Shown here: one piece after another, positions 60,655 to 64,000 of the stretch
Layout of the letters: each line of letters starts with the position of its first letter
How positions within the stretch are numbered: position 1 is the first letter of the stretch
Assembly: GCA_013416795.1 (NCBI GenBank)
Contig: RQSC01000028.1
Coordinates: 462,483 to 526,482, forward strand
DNA length: 64,000 nt
Direction: 5' to 3'
Origin: Prasinococcaceae sp. CCMP 1430
Lineage: Eukaryota > Plantae > Prasinodermophyta
Notes under the pieces: model-generated
What the model was told of the DNA's origin: nothing
What the model saw: only the letters and a program-made list of their open reading frames with translations
Databases searched by the model: none
Translations under genes and position numbers: made by a program

Positions 60655-63600
60655 TTACGCGGACAGCGCCTTGGCCTGCGCGCGAAGAGCCGACGAGCGC
60701 ACGATCGCGCCTATGGTGTTGAAGGCGAGCTTGGCGTCCTCGAGGGGGTTGCCCGGCACGACCGTCTTGTAGAGGTACGAGTCGAAGGTCATCTTCTGGA
60801 CGTAGTAGTCGTCGCAGAGCTCGACGAACGCCTCGCGCGCGGGGTTGTTGCGGTAGAACAGCTTCTGCAGGATGTCCAGCACCTTGTAGGTGAGCATGTA
60901 CTTCTTGTCCCACCTGTCGAGGTACACCCTGAGGTCCGACTCGTCCACCAGGTACTGGCCGTTCTGCGAGCGCTCCACGATGGCCTCCGCACACATGCGC
61001 CCCGACTTGGCGGCGAAGTAGATGCCCTCACCCGAGCACTTGGTGACGTAGCCCGCAGCGTCGCCCACCAGCACCGCGCGGCCGTTGACGCGGCGCGGGC
61101 GCGGGTGCTCCGGAATGGGGTGCGCCTCGGACTTGAGCAGCGTGCCGCCCTCGATCTTGGGCTGGCAGCGCACGCGCGTGGCGTCCTGGTACTGCTTGAT
61201 GCCGCTCTTGTTGACCACAGTGCCGGTGCCCACCGCCACGTGGCCGTACTTGGGGAACACCCAGCCGTAGAAGTCGGGCGACACGTCGTCGCCCACGTAC
61301 ATCTCCGCGAGGTCCTCGTACATCTTCATCTTGTCCTCGTCGATCTGGATGCGCTCCTGGAAGGCGATGGCGTAGTCGTACTCGCCCGCGTCGATCTCCT
61401 TGGCCACGCGCGAGTTGGCGCCGTCGGCGCCAATCACGATGTCCACCTCCACGGAGTCGGGCTTGCCCACGCGGCCGTCCTCCGACTCGTCGTAGTTGGA
61501 GAAGTGCACCGTGTAGGTGCCGTCGGCGGTGGTGGGCTTGTCCATGCGCAGCATCAGGCCGTTCACCAGCCTGGTGCCGTTGGCCTCGGCGCGCTTGCGG
61601 AGGTAGTCGTCGAAGACCTCGCGGCGGCACATGCCGATGTACTCCTTGTCGTTGAGGGTCTTGCCGACGTCGATGGAGACGTTCGAGGGCGAAATCATCT
61701 TCATCTTGGTCACCTGCGGCGCGGATTGCGGCGGGCGCGGGAGCGCGGAGGAGGGCGCGAATGACGAGGGTCAGGGGCCGGGTCGGCGGCCGGAGGGCCA
61801 GAGAGCGCGGCCGGCGCGGGCCTCGCGCTCGGCCGGCTCAGCGGCTGGCGCCCGGGGCGNNNNNNNNNNNNNNNNNNNNNNNNNNNNNNNNNNNNNNNNN
61901 NNNNNNNNNNNNNNNNNNNNNNNNNNNNNNNNNNNNNNNNNNNNNNNNNNNNNNNNNNNNNNNNNNNNNNNNNNNNNNNNNNNNNNNNNNNNNNNNNNNN
62001 NNNNNNNNNNNNNNNNNNNNNNNNNNNNNNNNNNNNNNNNNNNNNNNNNNNNNNNNNNNNNNNNNNNNNNNNNNNNNNNNNNNNNNNNNNNNNNNNNNNN
62101 NNNNNNNNNNNNNNNNNNNNNNNNNNNNNNNNNNNNNNNNNNNNNNNNNNNNNNNNNNNNNNNNNNNNNNNNNNNNNNNNNNNNNNNNNNNNNNNNNNNN
62201 NNNNNNNNNNNNNNNNNNNNNNNNNNNNNNNNNNNNNNNNNNNNNNNNNNNNNNNNNNNNNNNNNNNNNNNNNNNNNNNNNNNNNNNNNNNNNNNNNNNN
62301 NNNNNNNNNNNNNNNNNNNNNNNNNNNNNNNNNNNNNNNNNNNNNNNNNNNNNNNNNNNNNNNNNNNNNNNNNNNNNNNNNNNNNNNNNNNNNNNNNNNN
62401 NNNNNNNNNNNNNNNNNNNNNNNNNNNNNNNNNNNNNNNNNNNNNNNNNNNNNNNNNNNNNNNNNNNNNNNNNNNNNNNNNNNNNNNNNNNNNNNNNNNN
62501 NNNNNNNNNNNNNNNNNNNNNNNNNNNNNNNNNNNNNNNNNNNNNNNNNNNNNNNNNNNNNNNNNNNNNNNNNNNNNNNNNNNNNNNNNNNNNNNNNNNN
62601 NNNNNATGCGTTCTGATGGCGGGCCGGCCGCCGGCAAAAGCCGGATCGCGCGCGGCCAACGCGGGGAGATCGCGGCGGCCCGCGCAGCAGGGGCGTGTGC
62701 CGCCAGGCGCGCGCCACCCCTTGGGGCGAGCGCATGATGCGGTGTGCGTGCACAGCCCCGGCCCCGCGCTCGCTCCCTGCCCGGGCTCGCCGGCACAGGT
62801 TGGGCGCCTCCGGCGGGGTGCGCAGCGCGCTGCGCTCTGCTGCTGCTGCGGCCGCGCCTGCGCCGCCGCGCGCTCCGTGCCGCATGCACCGGGGCGAGCT
62901 GAGTGGCGGTACCATCCACAGGCAGCGCTCGTGTCCGCTCCCCTCGCGCGGGTCGATCGATGGGGACGTCGTGGGTAGTTGGTACCGTGCCTGGCTGGAT
63001 GGCGCGTGCTGGTCGTCCTCGCGCCGCTGCGCGCACCCATCCAGGGAGCGCATCATTCGGTCGGTCGGTGTTGTTGGTGACGCGGTCGAAGTCGCATACC
63101 TCGGTCGGTGGGTCGGCCCTCTCACCCTCACCCACACGGCACCTGTGCGCTGACGCCACGTCGATCCCGCCACGCGCTGCCCTCATCGCTGCGCCCTGCG
63201 AACGGCGCTGGTCATCGGCGGATTCGGGTTCAAGTATCGACGTTTCAGAGGTTAATTATCAGGGTTCGAAATGTGCTTTAAAAAAGAAAAAGATGATATG
63301 AAATCGGTCGCGCGTCCGGTGAAATCAATACCCTGCAGAAAACCTACGTACAAAAAAAAGGTTCCGGACGCCGCGCCCCGCGGGAACGGGCCGGGGCCGA
63401 CCGCGAGGCGCGCAATTGGCGCTGCGCGGCGCATTTCCATGCGGCGATTCTCCCTTGCATGATTCATTTTGATATCATGAATGTACGGTATTGAGAATTT
63501 TGAAGGGTCCTCTCACCGCCGTTTCCCCGCGTGCGCGCGCCCTCACGCACCGCGCGTCAGGTCCCCGGCAGGGGCAGTAGGCCGGGGGCGGGCGCGGGCC

Positions 63601-64000
63601 GGCACACGGCGCGCTCCCGCCGCGCGAGCGATCGGCGCCGCCCGCCCCCCGCGCGCCGCGGCCGCGGCGCTCTGGTGGCGGCGAAAGCGCACCTTGCGGT
63701 CGACGATCTCCATGGGCAGGTCGAACTCCTCGATCATGCAGATGGGAATGGCGCCACCGCACGGCTTCATGTTGTCCATCTTGCGCTCGATGAGCACGGT
63801 CTCGATGCCGGCCTTGGCGAGGATCTCGGCGGTGCAGGAGCCCGACGGCCCGCCGCCGACGACGGCGACCTTGAGCGGGCGGTCGAGCTTCTTGCCGCGC
63901 GCGAGCACCTGCACGGGGCCGGTGGCGGCCTCGGCCTTGTTCGAGGCCTTGGCCTGCACGGCGGCGCCCGCCACGCGCGCCTTGGCGGCGAGGCGCGGCG
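60655..64000 (-). CDS. CHLP: Geranylgeranyl reductase ChlP, 5' partial; intron 61714-63692
   Basis: [28 protein letters not shown]|[61 protein letters not shown]. Confidence 0.96.
61860..62605. other. Assembly gap (746 N) inside the ChlP intron
   Basis: Run of n. Confidence 0.99.

Noticed and set aside
63222-63275. GGTTCAA/GGTTCGAA B-box-like words suggesting a tRNA
   Set aside because: No closing T-stem, anticodon arm or acceptor stem can be formed.
1-64000. CRISPR arrays, rRNA, transposase, reverse transcriptase or viral genes
   Set aside because: No regularly spaced repeats with unique spacers and no such coding motifs seen.

Overview
Gene-dense, very GC-rich (about 70% by eye) nuclear DNA of a prasinophyte-grade green alga. 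Evidence: a prasinophyte-type Lhcp antenna gene, plant-type PsbY, ChlP, ferritin and CDPK, short GT-AG introns with CTRAC branch points, and TGTAA 3' signals. Prasinoderma-like is an inference from GC content plus Lhcp and is not confirmed. I can support 25 protein-coding genes, about half of them spliced, so the ORF track often splits or misframes them. Strands alternate strongly (20 of 24 neighbouring pairs switch). There are two N gaps (15216-15910, 61860-62605) and two single-n joins (18059, 33305). I found no rRNA, tRNA, CRISPR or transposon. Most unusual features: (1) a DNMT1/CMT-like DNA methyltransferase with no BAH domain, an intact N-terminal chromodomain, a degenerate chromo-like insert and a C-terminal chromo-like module; (2) a PP2C phosphatase fused to a catalytically degenerate CDPK-like kinase; (3) a TPR + double-PRMT protein whose second module looks more intact, placed head-to-head with another TPR methyltransferase; (4) recurring palindromic GTACCA..TGGTAC arrays and other structured motifs in intergenic and promoter regions.
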